Translations under genes and position numbers: made by a program
The notes under the pieces: model-generated
What the model saw: the letters and a program-made list of their open reading frames with translations, nothing else
The model's database searches: none
What the model was told of the DNA's origin: nothing
Shown here: positions 52,515 through 60,618 of the stretch, piece by piece
Numbering within the stretch: the stretch's first letter is position 1
How the letters are laid out: each line of letters starts with the position of its first letter
IMG/VR virus record: IMGVR_UViG_3300043632_000006
Location: 1 to 64,000 of that record
DNA length: 64,000 nt
Origin: a virus
Reading direction: 5' to 3' (one strand)

Positions 52515-53152
52515 AGGCGCTGACGCTGACCCAGCCTTGGGCAAGTCTTGTGGCCCTCGGGGAGAAGCGCATCGAAACCCGGTCTTGGTCCACAAACTAC
52601 CGGGGCGAGTTGGCGATCCATGCCGCGGCTAGCATTCCCCCGGCTTGGTCTGCGGAGGGAGTGGGCTGGGTCCCGGCCCTGGAACGACGGTCTCGAAGCA
52701 GGCGTTACCTCTGGCTCAACCGGTCCCCGGACGGCGGGACGTGCTTGGCGTGCGGGCCTCCCGAGAGCGATAACAGGACGCATGCACCGCTGGATCACAC
52801 GTATACCTTGCCGCGGGGAGTGGTGGTGGCGACCTGCCGCTTGGTGGACTGCCTGCCGATGGTGGCGTGGGCCCCGGTGTCGATGCGGTTAGGTGAGACC
52901 CGCCCGGTATGGGCGGCGCGCCTGCTGACCGGCGACACCCCTGAGATCCTGGTGCGAGACCATCTGGATGTCCCCCGGGTGCCCACCGGGGACCCCTACG
53001 CCGAAGACCTGACCGATCAGATCCCCTTCGGAGACTTCACCCCCGGCCGGTTCGGCTGGATCTTGGAAGACATCACACCCCTGCCTGAGCCAATCCCCGC
53101 CAAAGGCTTTCAACGCCTATGGGAGTGGAGCCCGACGGTGGCGGCGTCGTGA
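52511..53152 (+). CDS. ASCH-domain protein
   Basis: 213 aa; MKALTLTQPWASLVALGEKRIETRSW...GRFGWILEDITPLPEPIPAKGFQRLWEW. Confidence 0.6.
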   Translation: MKALTLTQPWASLVALGEKRIETRSWSTNYRGELAIHAAASIPPAWSAEGVGWVPALERRSRSRRYLWLNRSPDGGTCLACGPPESDNRTHAPLDHTYTLPRGVVVATCRLVDCLPMVAWAPVSMRLGETRPVWAARLLTGDTPEILVRDHLDVPRVPTGDPYAEDLTDQIPFGDFTPGRFGWILEDITPLPEPIPAKGFQRLWEWSPTVAAS

Positions 53153-53379
53153 GCCTCCCCATCCTGATCCTGGTCTGGCTCGGGGGCAATGCCGTGATTG
53201 CCTTGGCTGCCCTCCTTTTCGGCTGGCTGCGCCGACGGGAAGCGCGGGCAACGGACAGGGCGTACACCGTGTGGATCTACCAGCCGGGATTGCAGGACGA
53301 CTACACGGACAGGGTCATCGCGGAGGCGTTCTTCGCCGTGCCTGAGTTCATGGAGAAGGTCCGAGAGGAGGAGCTGTGA
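53149..53379 (+). CDS. Membrane protein (76 aa)
   Basis: GTGA overlap; LPILILVWLGGNAVIALAALLFGWL. Confidence 0.5.
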   Translation: MSLPILILVWLGGNAVIALAALLFGWLRRREARATDRAYTVWIYQPGLQDDYTDRVIAEAFFAVPEFMEKVREEEL

Positions 53380-53594
53380 GGACTGACCTGCCCGGCGTGG
53401 GCACCGTCTGGCGGGACCGCTACGCCCCGAGGCGCACCGTCCAGGTGGTGGGCTCTGAGGGAAACGTCGGCCCCGTGGTCAGCAGCGTCCTCACCGATGA
53501 CGCCGGGGAGGCACCGGGTGCCGCTTGGACCAACCACACGCCGCTCGACGCGTGGGATTGGATGTACGAGCCAGTCGGGCTGGGGGCGTCGTGA
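53376..53594 (+). CDS. Hypothetical protein (72 aa)
   Basis: GTGA overlaps. Confidence 0.5.
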   Translation: MRTDLPGVGTVWRDRYAPRRTVQVVGSEGNVGPVVSSVLTDDAGEAPGAAWTNHTPLDAWDWMYEPVGLGAS

Positions 53595-53890
53595 GCGAGG
53601 ACCCGAAGGTCTATGTGGGACAAGAGGGATGGGCATCGTCTCACCCTAGCCACAAGCGTCATCGTGCTGTCGTTACATGGGTGTGGTGGAACCGCGAGGT
53701 TCTGACAGCCAGCACTTTCTGCGGCGCCGGGGTCACGGCGTTCAATCCGTACCCGTTCCGCGCCGGCATCCCCGACGCCTGCAAGAAATGCGTCGCCAGT
53801 TTGGGGCGGCCGTTCACGGTGCCTCCGAGTGTGGACGAACTGCTAGAGGCGTACGCCATAAACGAGTCCTTCGGCAAGGTGCCGTCGTGA
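53591..53890 (+). CDS. Hypothetical protein (99 aa)
   Basis: GTGA overlaps. Confidence 0.5.
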   Translation: MSEDPKVYVGQEGWASSHPSHKRHRAVVTWVWWNREVLTASTFCGAGVTAFNPYPFRAGIPDACKKCVASLGRPFTVPPSVDELLEAYAINESFGKVPS

Positions 53891-54168
53891 TCCTCGCAGG
53901 GGACAACCTCAAGGCGCTTGAGGGCGTTACGTGCCTCGCTGAGATGGCCTCGTCGGACGAGTGGGGCGACGTCAAACAATTTGAGGGCCCGTTCCGCCTG
54001 ACGGACGAGGGGATCCTGATCCAGCCCTACAGGGGCGGCTACGACGGGGACCGGCCGTGGACGTTCGATGGCGGGGTGCTGTTCCGCTGGCCGCGGATGG
54101 TTGCCGGGGTGCCTGAGCAGTCCGTCGTATCGTTCACGTTCGGCTATGCCAACGGTCCGAAACTGTGA
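53887..54168 (+). CDS. Hypothetical protein (93 aa)
   Basis: GTGA overlaps. Confidence 0.5.
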   Translation: MILAGDNLKALEGVTCLAEMASSDEWGDVKQFEGPFRLTDEGILIQPYRGGYDGDRPWTFDGGVLFRWPRMVAGVPEQSVVSFTFGYANGPKL

Positions 54169-54431
54169 AGACCACAGTCGTCAATCTGCGGGCCGAGGCC
54201 TACGACATTCGCATCGACCGGATCACCTGTTGGGGCAACCCGTTCAAGATCGGCAAGGACGGGGACCGGGCTACGGTCATCGCCAAATATGAGGAATGGA
54301 TCCTCACTCGGCTGGACCTGCTAGCCGATCTCCCCGCGCTCCGCGGGAAGCGGCTGGGGTGCCACTGCAAGCCGCTCGCGTGCCACGGTGACGTGCTGGC
54401 CCGGTTGGCGGATCTCGGATCGTCATCGTGA
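54165..54431 (+). CDS. DUF4326-domain protein
   Basis: 88 aa; ..IRIDRITCWGNPFKIGKDGDRATVIAKYEEW..LRGKRLGCHCKPLACHGDVL. Confidence 0.55.
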   Translation: MKTTVVNLRAEAYDIRIDRITCWGNPFKIGKDGDRATVIAKYEEWILTRLDLLADLPALRGKRLGCHCKPLACHGDVLARLADLGSSS

Positions 54432-54817
54432 GCCTCCGCCGCGTCCTCGAGCCTCGCCCAGCACCGCAGCGCCAGCCGGCCTCTTCCACGTTCCGGGCGT
54501 GGGTCGATGCACAGAGCACGCTCACGCTCACAGTGCGAGGGATCCAAGCTGGGAGCTACGACATCTCCCACTGCCTCGACGGGGACCGGGTGGAGCTCGT
54601 CCCGGAGCCGAACAATGAATTTGACCCTCGTGCCATCCGCGTGGATGCCGTGACGGGCGAGACGCTGGGCTATCTGCCGGCCGACTACGCGGCTGTTATG
54701 AACGCGCGGGAGTGGTCTGCGAGCATCTTGGCGGTGGTGCTGCATCCGGCCACGGGAGCACCCGCGGGGCTGCGGCTGACACTGAGGCAACGTCGGGTGG
54801 AGGCGCAGGTGAGGTGA
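54428..54817 (+). CDS. HIRAN-domain protein
   Basis: 129 aa; ..LDGDRVELVPEPNNEFDPRAIRVDAVTGETLGYLPADYA.. Confidence 0.55.
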   Translation: MSLRRVLEPRPAPQRQPASSTFRAWVDAQSTLTLTVRGIQAGSYDISHCLDGDRVELVPEPNNEFDPRAIRVDAVTGETLGYLPADYAAVMNAREWSASILAVVLHPATGAPAGLRLTLRQRRVEAQVR

Positions 54818-55236
54818 GGAAGCTTCCCGCTAAGCCCAGCCCACCTCCGATCAACGAGGCCCTACGGGCACATCTCACACGGATTCAGTTCGACCTCTCG
54901 TTGGGGAAGACGCATATTGCCTGCCTTGTCTGGGTGGAGTACGTGAACCGGACCGACAGCTACATCGACACGCACAAGATTCCTGACCTCGGGATGAGGC
55001 GGACCTTCGGTTTGAACATGGCCGCGACAGTCGGGCTTTTAGAGCGCGGCCTAATCTGGCACCGCCCGACTTCAAACGAGGAGTTCGCCAAGACAGTTGA
55101 AGAGCACGGCGCTTTCAAGGGATGGGCTGAGGTGTACGGTCTGACGCGAGCCGGTGAACTAGTTCGGGACCTGCTCAAAGAAGCGGGGATCTGGCAGGAA
55201 TACGCTGCCATGCTGCCTGCGGAGAAGTCGGCGTGA
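54814..55236 (+). CDS. Hypothetical protein (140 aa)
   Basis: GTGA overlap. Confidence 0.55.
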   Translation: MRKLPAKPSPPPINEALRAHLTRIQFDLSLGKTHIACLVWVEYVNRTDSYIDTHKIPDLGMRRTFGLNMAATVGLLERGLIWHRPTSNEEFAKTVEEHGAFKGWAEVYGLTRAGELVRDLLKEAGIWQEYAAMLPAEKSA

Positions 55237-55454
55237 CGGACCTCGACAAACTCTCCGTGGCTCTGAGGGATCTTGAGCACGCTCGTATGGCTGTGCGCCC
55301 GTGGACACCCGAGATGGAGGAGCACGCCGAGACTGTCCGGCGCTTCGAGCGGGCCGTTGCGGTCAGGGCGCTGTTCGCTGCTCGCCAGCCTGAGACTGAT
55401 CGGCTACAGATAGCGATCCAGCGGGCCGTCAACGCCGGGGTGCCGCTGCGATGA
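55233..55454 (+). CDS. Hypothetical protein (73 aa)
   Basis: GTGA overlap. Confidence 0.5.
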   Translation: MTDLDKLSVALRDLEHARMAVRPWTPEMEEHAETVRRFERAVAVRALFAARQPETDRLQIAIQRAVNAGVPLR

Positions 55455-55494
55455 TCGTCGCGACAATGGTAAGCCAGCGAAAGGGAGGACTGTA

Positions 55495-55674
55495 ATGGCC
55501 TACGAGGACATGACTGAGGAACAGGTTGCGGAGGCGTGGGAGTGCGATCCATGCTTCGTCGGGGCCTGCCACCGCTGCACCGGGCGGCCACCGTGCAAGT
55601 GCCCGCACACGGCATGGGAGGCACGAGATGCCGAGGAGCGAGAAGTGCTGCGGGAGTACCTGGACTACGGCTAA
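55495..55674 (+). CDS. Small Cys-rich protein (59 aa)
   Basis: ATG 55495 with RBS aagggagga; WECDPCFVGACHRCTGRPPCKCPH. Confidence 0.45.
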   Translation: MAYEDMTEEQVAEAWECDPCFVGACHRCTGRPPCKCPHTAWEARDAEEREVLREYLDYG

Positions 55675-55699
55675 AACCCTCACGCTGCCGATGCTGGGA

Positions 55700-55723
55700 A
55701 GCCCTTCGGGGCTCTCTTGTTTT
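55700..55723 (+). terminator. Intrinsic terminator candidate ending the rightward operon
   Basis: AGCCC-ttcg-GGGCT followed by ctcttgtttt. Confidence 0.45.
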
Positions 55724-55732
55724 GGGGGTTAT

Positions 55733-56116
55733 TCAGCCCACGCGTTGAGTGCGGTGCGTCTCCATGTCGAGCACCTGGGCGTCATCCTCGGGGGCCTGAA
55801 GGGCTTTCCGAGCCCGGTAGCCCATCGCCTCCAGGAACCGGATGAAGGTGCGGATCGCCTCCATGCCCTTTTCACCCAGAACCCGCCCATCAGCCGATGC
55901 GCTCCAGGCGTCGATGTCCGACCGCTGCGCTGCCACCATGGGGAGGCGATGCCTTGCCAGCCACTGCTCGGCAGTGGTGACCACCAGCCACTGCTCGGCA
56001 AGGACGTCCGGGGCCAGACCCTGCTCGGCGCCCCAGGCGAGGAACTCGTCGCGGAGTGCCGCCGGTTCCAGGTCCGCGACATGACGAAGGTCGGCCGGCC
56101 CGTCCACGACTCCCAC
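55733..56116 (-). CDS. Tyrosine-recombinase N-terminal (SAM-like core-binding) domain only; possible integrase remnant
   Basis: 127 aa; ..LRDEFLAWGAEQGL..SDIDAWSA..GEKGMEAIRTFIRFLEAMGY.. follows the phage-integrase N-terminal SAM-like pattern; no catalytic domain downstream. Confidence 0.4.
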   Translation of the reverse strand: MGVVDGPADLRHVADLEPAALRDEFLAWGAEQGLAPDVLAEQWLVVTTAEQWLARHRLPMVAAQRSDIDAWSASADGRVLGEKGMEAIRTFIRFLEAMGYRARKALQAPEDDAQVLDMETHRTQRVG

Positions 56117-56239
56117 CCTTCTCGACGGCCGATGGAGACAAACGTTACCGACCGGAAGGAAGTTTAGAACCTTACGGATAGGGCTGCAACGAGTTACGCC
56201 CCTGCCGGGGGTGAGAGTTTCCTTATGTCGTTGGGCGGG

Positions 56240-56551
56240 TCACCCGGCCGACGGCGGCTCCAGGACGTCCAGGTCCACGTTCCTGATGTTGTCGGGGTTC
56301 AACTGCTCGAGGGAAACCCCGATCGCGTCTCCGATCAGCTTGACGAAGAAGATCGGCGGGCTGTGCTTGATCTCCCCCGCCTCCAACCGCTGCCACTGGC
56401 GCACCGACATGCCCATCCGCTCGGCCAGGTCCTTCTGGAGTATCCCAGCCATCTCCCTGTGCGTCGTGATGAGCTGTCCCAGTTTCCGGTTGTACTCCTG
56501 CTGCCGCTCTGCCAGATCCTCGTCACCTTCGGCCCACGGCCTCTCAGGCAC
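56240..56551 (-). CDS. XRE/CI-type HTH repressor
   Basis: Track ORF 56240-56605; GTG 56551 has RBS ggggggaaaggt; HTH GILQKDLAERMGMSVRQWQRLEAGE. Confidence 0.75.
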   Translation of the reverse strand: MPERPWAEGDEDLAERQQEYNRKLGQLITTHREMAGILQKDLAERMGMSVRQWQRLEAGEIKHSPPIFFVKLIGDAIGVSLEQLNPDNIRNVDLDVLEPPSAG

Positions 56552-56732
56552 ACCTTTCCCCCCGGTCCTGCCCCCCCTGATTTGTCGGCAAGAAAGATAC
56601 TCCATTTAGTTCGGTGGCGCACCTACCAAATAGTGTCCTAAAACTCCGGGGCGAACCGTACCCGATGCGGTCCTGACGTGCAACGAGTCAGCACAATCTG
56701 TAAAAACCTCCCCTCGCCAGGCGACGCGGTGT

Positions 56733-56761
56733 TGGACACTAAGCGTCGGGTGAGGTAGGGT
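56733..56761 (+). promoter_or_regulatory. Promoter of Cro-like gene (near-leaderless)
   Basis: TGGACA 56733-56738, 17-nt spacer, TAGGGT 56756-56761; ATG at 56772. Confidence 0.5.
56735..56747. promoter_or_regulatory. Operator-like palindrome copy (GACACTAAGCGTC) overlapping the -35
   Basis: Reverse complement GACGCTTAGTGTC, 1 mismatch; partial partner TAGTGTCC at 56631-56638. Confidence 0.45.
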
Positions 56762-56771
56762 AAGCGCCGCT

Positions 56772-57050
56772 ATGCGTCATGTCCCCGCTCGCAGTCACGT
56801 CGCCTCCGGTGGCCGCCGTCCCAAGTGGCCTCCGGAGCACTACTGGAAGCGCTTCTGGTTCGACGTCGACCATCCCTCGATGCCGGCGCTGTGCAAGGAG
56901 CTCGGGGTGAACCGTAGGACGGTCTACCACCACCTCTGGAAGCACCCTGAGTACGAGCGGCTCATGGCCAGGCGGCAGGAGCAGGGCTTCCGCTGCCCAG
57001 ATGGCCGGATACGTCGACCTCCGGGGCCGCGAGTGGACTGGGCAGCGTGA
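56772..57050 (+). CDS. Cro/antirepressor-like HTH protein
   Basis: 92 aa; HTH MPALCKELGVNRRTVYHHLWKH; divergent from XRE repressor. Confidence 0.55.
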   Translation: MRHVPARSHVASGGRRPKWPPEHYWKRFWFDVDHPSMPALCKELGVNRRTVYHHLWKHPEYERLMARRQEQGFRCPDGRIRRPPGPRVDWAA

Positions 57051-57203
57051 TGGCGCGCGCAGACGCGCCCGGAGCATCGGGCCCGCGTGCAGGCGGGGGG
57101 CCCGCGGTGGTGGCGCGCGCGGATGTGTGCTCAAAATCACACACGTGTAACTCGAGCTGGGCTAGGATCGGGCGACGGGGCGGAATAGCCCAGAAAAGCA
57201 ACA

Positions 57204-57224
57204 GGGCCACCGAGAGGGTGGCCC
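57204..57224 (+). other. 8-bp GC hairpin in non-coding region
   Basis: GGGCCACC gagag GGTGGCCC. Confidence 0.7.
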
Positions 57225-57400
57225 AGAGACTGTTTCCCAAACTGAGTGCCGCTCGATGGCCTGGCAGCGAGAGAGCGTCACACCCAAGGAGGACACGTGG
57301 AGCGTACACCACGGTCTAGGTCGCTGCAACCATTTGGCGGCCGGCAGACCCCAGCATCCCCCAACAGCGCCGATGTCACCCGTGAGGGCGCTCTCGAGCT

Positions 57401-58120
57401 ATGAGCGCCGAGGCTACCGGGTACGTCTACCGCTTCTGCCCCTACCGAGGCACGACGTTTCAGGTCCATCACGCCGTGGCCGACTCCGTCAACGACCAGA
57501 ACGACAACAAGTTTTGGATGCGGCAAGGCCCACTGGCGCGGAAGGCCAGGTGCGGTCGCGAAGCTGCCAACGAGGCCCTCGCGACTCTGGTGACCGATGG
57601 GTTCATCGAGCTGCTACAGCAAGGCGGCGGCAGAGGAAGGCCGTCGCTCTACAGGTTCTTGTTCCCGGATGTTCCTGTGATCTACGACAGCAGGAAAGTG
57701 TCGGATGAGACCACAGTTTCTAAAGTGTCGGGTAGACCGACAGTTTCTAAGGAAGTGTCGGATGAGACCACAGAAACCCCCGGCAAACTGTCGGGTGGGC
57801 CCGGGAAAACTGTGGTCCCAGGCCACAGGCATATAACCCAAGAGGAACCCAAGAAAGCTTTTGAACCCAAGAAATCAAGATCTTCTTTGCCTTCGGCCAA
57901 AACCGAGGCACCCCCACCCCACCCCATCGCAGCTAGTCCATCCGTTGCTAGCAAGGAAGAACCGTCTCCACTGGATCTGGCTACTCGGCTCGAGCGAGTG
58001 AGGCTGGCACACGACTCCAACACTTCCGCCCGGGCCGCCGACCGCAAGCGCCGGGAGCAAGCGCAGTCCGTCAGTCCGCCCGGGGTGAATCCCCGGCGAC
58101 TCGTAGGAGGCCAGAAGTGA
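57401..58120 (+). CDS. Putative replication initiator/organiser (winged-helix N-domain) containing iterons
   Basis: 239 aa; ..LARKARCGREAANEALATLVTDGFIELL.. wHTH-like; internal iterons (57695-57828); low-complexity C-terminal half. Confidence 0.5.
   Translation: MSAEATGYVYRFCPYRGTTFQVHHAVADSVNDQNDNKFWMRQGPLARKARCGREAANEALATLVTDGFIELLQQGGGRGRPSLYRFLFPDVPVIYDSRKVSDETTVSKVSGRPTVSKEVSDETTETPGKLSGGPGKTVVPGHRHITQEEPKKAFEPKKSRSSLPSAKTEAPPPHPIAASPSVASKEEPSPLDLATRLERVRLAHDSNTSARAADRKRREQAQSVSPPGVNPRRLVGGQK
57695..57828 (+). repeat. Iteron cluster (putative origin)
   Basis: AGTGTCGGATGAGACCACAGTTTCTAA (57697), AGTGTCGGGTAGACCGACAGTTTCTAA (57724), AGTGTCGGATGAGACCACAGAAAC (57754), ACTGTCGGGTGGGCC.. 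(57787), then inverted repeat CTGTGG-n7-CCACAG 57810-57828. Confidence 0.7.
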
Positions 58121-58665
58121 CACCACAGGAGCAGGAGGTCGCTGTCCGTCGCGAGGGACGCGCCCTGACCCCGGTCGGGGAATTCGTGAACCGAGGCACC
58201 TTACGAGCGGTGATCGTGAGTGTCCTGGGACTTCGCGAGGGGTCCAGGAACCTTGCCGACATTGAATCAGTAATCGATCTCTTGGCCACAGAAAGAGACC
58301 TGCTCCTCGTGTACGGCTCGGAGCCGGCCCCGATCGAGGAACGGTTCGCGGCACTCCTCCGGGAAGCTGCTGGAGGTTCGTTCGAGGGCGAGGATTGCAA
58401 CTTCTTCTACGAAGACGTGGAAGAGGACGGAGTTGTCCGTGCCTACACGTATCAGGAGTTTCTCCGCTCGGAGTACTGGCAGATCGTGGCGGCCTACGTG
58501 AAATGGCTCCGTGGCGGCCGCTGCCAGATGTGTGACTCGGATAGGAACCTTCATACCCACCACAAGACGTACAAGCACAAGGGCCTGGAGTACAAGCACC
58601 TGGACGATCTCGTTGTCGTCTGCGCCAAGTGCCACGGCAACCATCACGGGAAGGTCAATCCATGA
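58117..58665 (+). CDS. HNH endonuclease-domain protein
   Basis: 182 aa; C-terminal RCQMCDSDRNLHTHHKTYKHKGLEYKHLDDLVVVCAKCHGNHH. Confidence 0.6.
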   Translation: MTPQEQEVAVRREGRALTPVGEFVNRGTLRAVIVSVLGLREGSRNLADIESVIDLLATERDLLLVYGSEPAPIEERFAALLREAAGGSFEGEDCNFFYEDVEEDGVVRAYTYQEFLRSEYWQIVAAYVKWLRGGRCQMCDSDRNLHTHHKTYKHKGLEYKHLDDLVVVCAKCHGNHHGKVNP

Positions 58666-58979
58666 AGCGCCCCGGCACCGCGTCCTACACCGCCGACGAG
58701 CTCGCCTACGCCGTGCTCTGCCTCACGGACAAGCAGAATCCACGCCGGCTAGGGGATATCGCCGACGAGCTCGGACGGGATCGCTCAGGCCTCCACGGCA
58801 AGCTTAAGAGCCTCGGGCTGCCGACCTCTCCGCCGCCGGGTCTGCTTCCCTACGTCCGCAAGGAGGATGTCGAGGCCAAGGTCGACGAGTTCCGGGCGCT
58901 GTCCCGCGACGAGGTCAAGGCCCGCATCCTCAAGAACCTCCGAGCCGCCAACCGGCCGCAGATGCGGGTGGTGTCGTAG
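58662..58979 (+). CDS. Hypothetical protein (105 aa)
   Basis: ATGA overlap. Confidence 0.55.
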   Translation: MKRPGTASYTADELAYAVLCLTDKQNPRRLGDIADELGRDRSGLHGKLKSLGLPTSPPPGLLPYVRKEDVEAKVDEFRALSRDEVKARILKNLRAANRPQMRVVS

Positions 58980-59738
58980 GTGGGTGCCGAACTCCCGCGC
59001 CGGATCCTGGAGAACGCGGCCGACGCGATGGTGCGCTTCCTACCCGGTGCGCCGTGGCAGGGACTGCGCCCGATGGCGCTCGCCCGGGAGGCCCTGACCG
59101 CGGCAGCGCCCATCGTGGAGGCCCTCTGCCACTGGACCCTAGAGAGCGCCGAGACGCACGAGGAGTTCCACTTCGGCAACCCCTGTCCCTACGCCGTCGT
59201 GGCGGCCGTCCTTCGAGGCGAGGCGGATCGCCGGGAGGGCAGGCCGGGAAGCACGCTGGTAGCGGATCTGCGGGCGCAGCTGGCCGAGCTGGGCAGAAGC
59301 GCTCTCAGGGCGCAAGCATCGGGAGCAGAGGAACGCGATCACCTCAGGGAGCGCCTCACCGCCCAGCGCCGCGAGTTGGCAGCGCTCCAGAGGACGCTGA
59401 ATCGCCTCAGGGACTCGGCGCCGGCCGAACCCACGCCAGAGGAAGCCGCCCGGGCCACCGAGCTGCACGAGGCGTTCATCGCCGCGGTCCGAGAGCGCGC
59501 CGCCGCTGGGGATGTCGAGTGGCTCGCGGAGCACCTGATCGGCAAAGACGCCAAGCACGTAGCCACCATCGCCCGCCTCGAGAACCAGCGCGAGGCGCTG
59601 CGGGGAGCGAACCGTCTGCGCCGTGAGCGCAACGGCCAGGCGGAGCGGGCGAACCGGCTGGAAGCCGAACTCAAGGCGAACCGTACGCCCGCTGGCGGCG
59701 ACTCTCCCCCACCGGGACCCTCGGTAAAGGAATCCTAA
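58980..59738 (+). CDS. Coiled-coil hypothetical protein (252 aa)
   Basis: GTG directly after TAG. Confidence 0.6.
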   Translation: MGAELPRRILENAADAMVRFLPGAPWQGLRPMALAREALTAAAPIVEALCHWTLESAETHEEFHFGNPCPYAVVAAVLRGEADRREGRPGSTLVADLRAQLAELGRSALRAQASGAEERDHLRERLTAQRRELAALQRTLNRLRDSAPAEPTPEEAARATELHEAFIAAVRERAAAGDVEWLAEHLIGKDAKHVATIARLENQREALRGANRLRRERNGQAERANRLEAELKANRTPAGGDSPPPGPSVKES

Positions 59739-59749
59739 GAAATTGCCTC

Positions 59750-59779
59750 TGGACATCCTCGCCCTAAGCGGCTTATCAT
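59750..59779 (+). promoter_or_regulatory. Conserved phage promoter (copy B)
   Basis: TGGACA 59750-59755, 18-nt spacer, TATCAT 59774-59779; shares the 22-nt block with 50994-51015. Confidence 0.5.
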
Positions 59780-59785
59780 CTACAC

Positions 59786-59798
59786 GACGCTTAGCGTC
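59786..59798. promoter_or_regulatory. Operator-like palindrome, best copy GACGCTTAGCGTC
   Basis: 5-bp inverted arms GACGC/GCGTC around TTA; sits at about +1 to +13 of promoter copy B. Confidence 0.5.
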
Positions 59799-59868
59799 AT
59801 CAACGACAAGGCCCCAGGCGAGCAGTCACTCTCCCGGGGCCGGCGAGTCACCCCAGGAGGTAACCCGC

Positions 59869-60234
59869 ATGGCAAACCGTAACGCATCCGTACCACGATT
59901 CTTCGGCTCTCCGGTTGACGTGGACTCCACGGCTCCCAGCCCGAGATACCACTCGGATCTCCTACAGCGCAAACCCCACGACGTCGAGCCCCAGCCCGCA
60001 ACCTGCGAGTCCTGCGGAGCCCCCACGCTCCGAGCTTGGGCATCCGACCCGAACGGCCCCGTCGGCTCCCGCACGAAGGACTTCGACCCGGAGCTTTCCG
60101 AGGCGGGCCGCTGGTTCATGGGTGGCGACGGCTCCCTCACCTGGGACCCGAAGCACGGCACTTACAGGCTCCACGACTGCACCCGCCTCGCTGCCCATCC
60201 CGTGGCCGAAACGCTCACCGAGGCGGTGGCCTAG
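59869..60234 (+). CDS. Hypothetical protein (121 aa)
   Basis: ATG 59869 with RBS ccaggaggt. Confidence 0.6.
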   Translation: MANRNASVPRFFGSPVDVDSTAPSPRYHSDLLQRKPHDVEPQPATCESCGAPTLRAWASDPNGPVGSRTKDFDPELSEAGRWFMGGDGSLTWDPKHGTYRLHDCTRLAAHPVAETLTEAVA

Positions 60235-60618
60235 ATGCCCGAGACCCCGCAGGAGCTCACTCAGGCGGTCACCGCGGCTCTGTGGGGTGCCAGCGATATC
60301 ACCAATGCTCAGCTGACCGCTCAGCGTGCCGTCGAAGCCGTTCCCGATGGCTGGGCGAAGGTAGCGGGCGAGTGGGTTCGTCTGGAACCGGCATCGGTCA
60401 CGGAGTGGAGAGTTGTCAGCCCCCAGGGTGGGATCTCGTACAGCGCCAACAGTCGGGACGACGGCCGGTGGGGCATCACGAGGGCCCAGCATTGGCTGGA
60501 AACGATGCGTGGGTACGGCCGGGACGATCACCTGGAGATCTGGGAGGAGACGTGGGGATCCACGCCTTCCACTTGGCGCAGGGTGGAGACTGAGGCCGAA
60601 GGGCGGAATGCCTCATGA
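60235..60618 (+). CDS. Hypothetical protein (127 aa)
   Basis: ATG right after TAG. Confidence 0.6.
   Translation: MPETPQELTQAVTAALWGASDITNAQLTAQRAVEAVPDGWAKVAGEWVRLEPASVTEWRVVSPQGGISYSANSRDDGRWGITRAQHWLETMRGYGRDDHLEIWEETWGSTPSTWRRVETEAEGRNAS

Noticed and set aside
57047-57319. 90-aa ORF in the GC-rich region after the Cro-like gene
   Set aside because: Ala/Arg/Gly low-complexity translation of a repeat-rich region. It is more likely non-coding.
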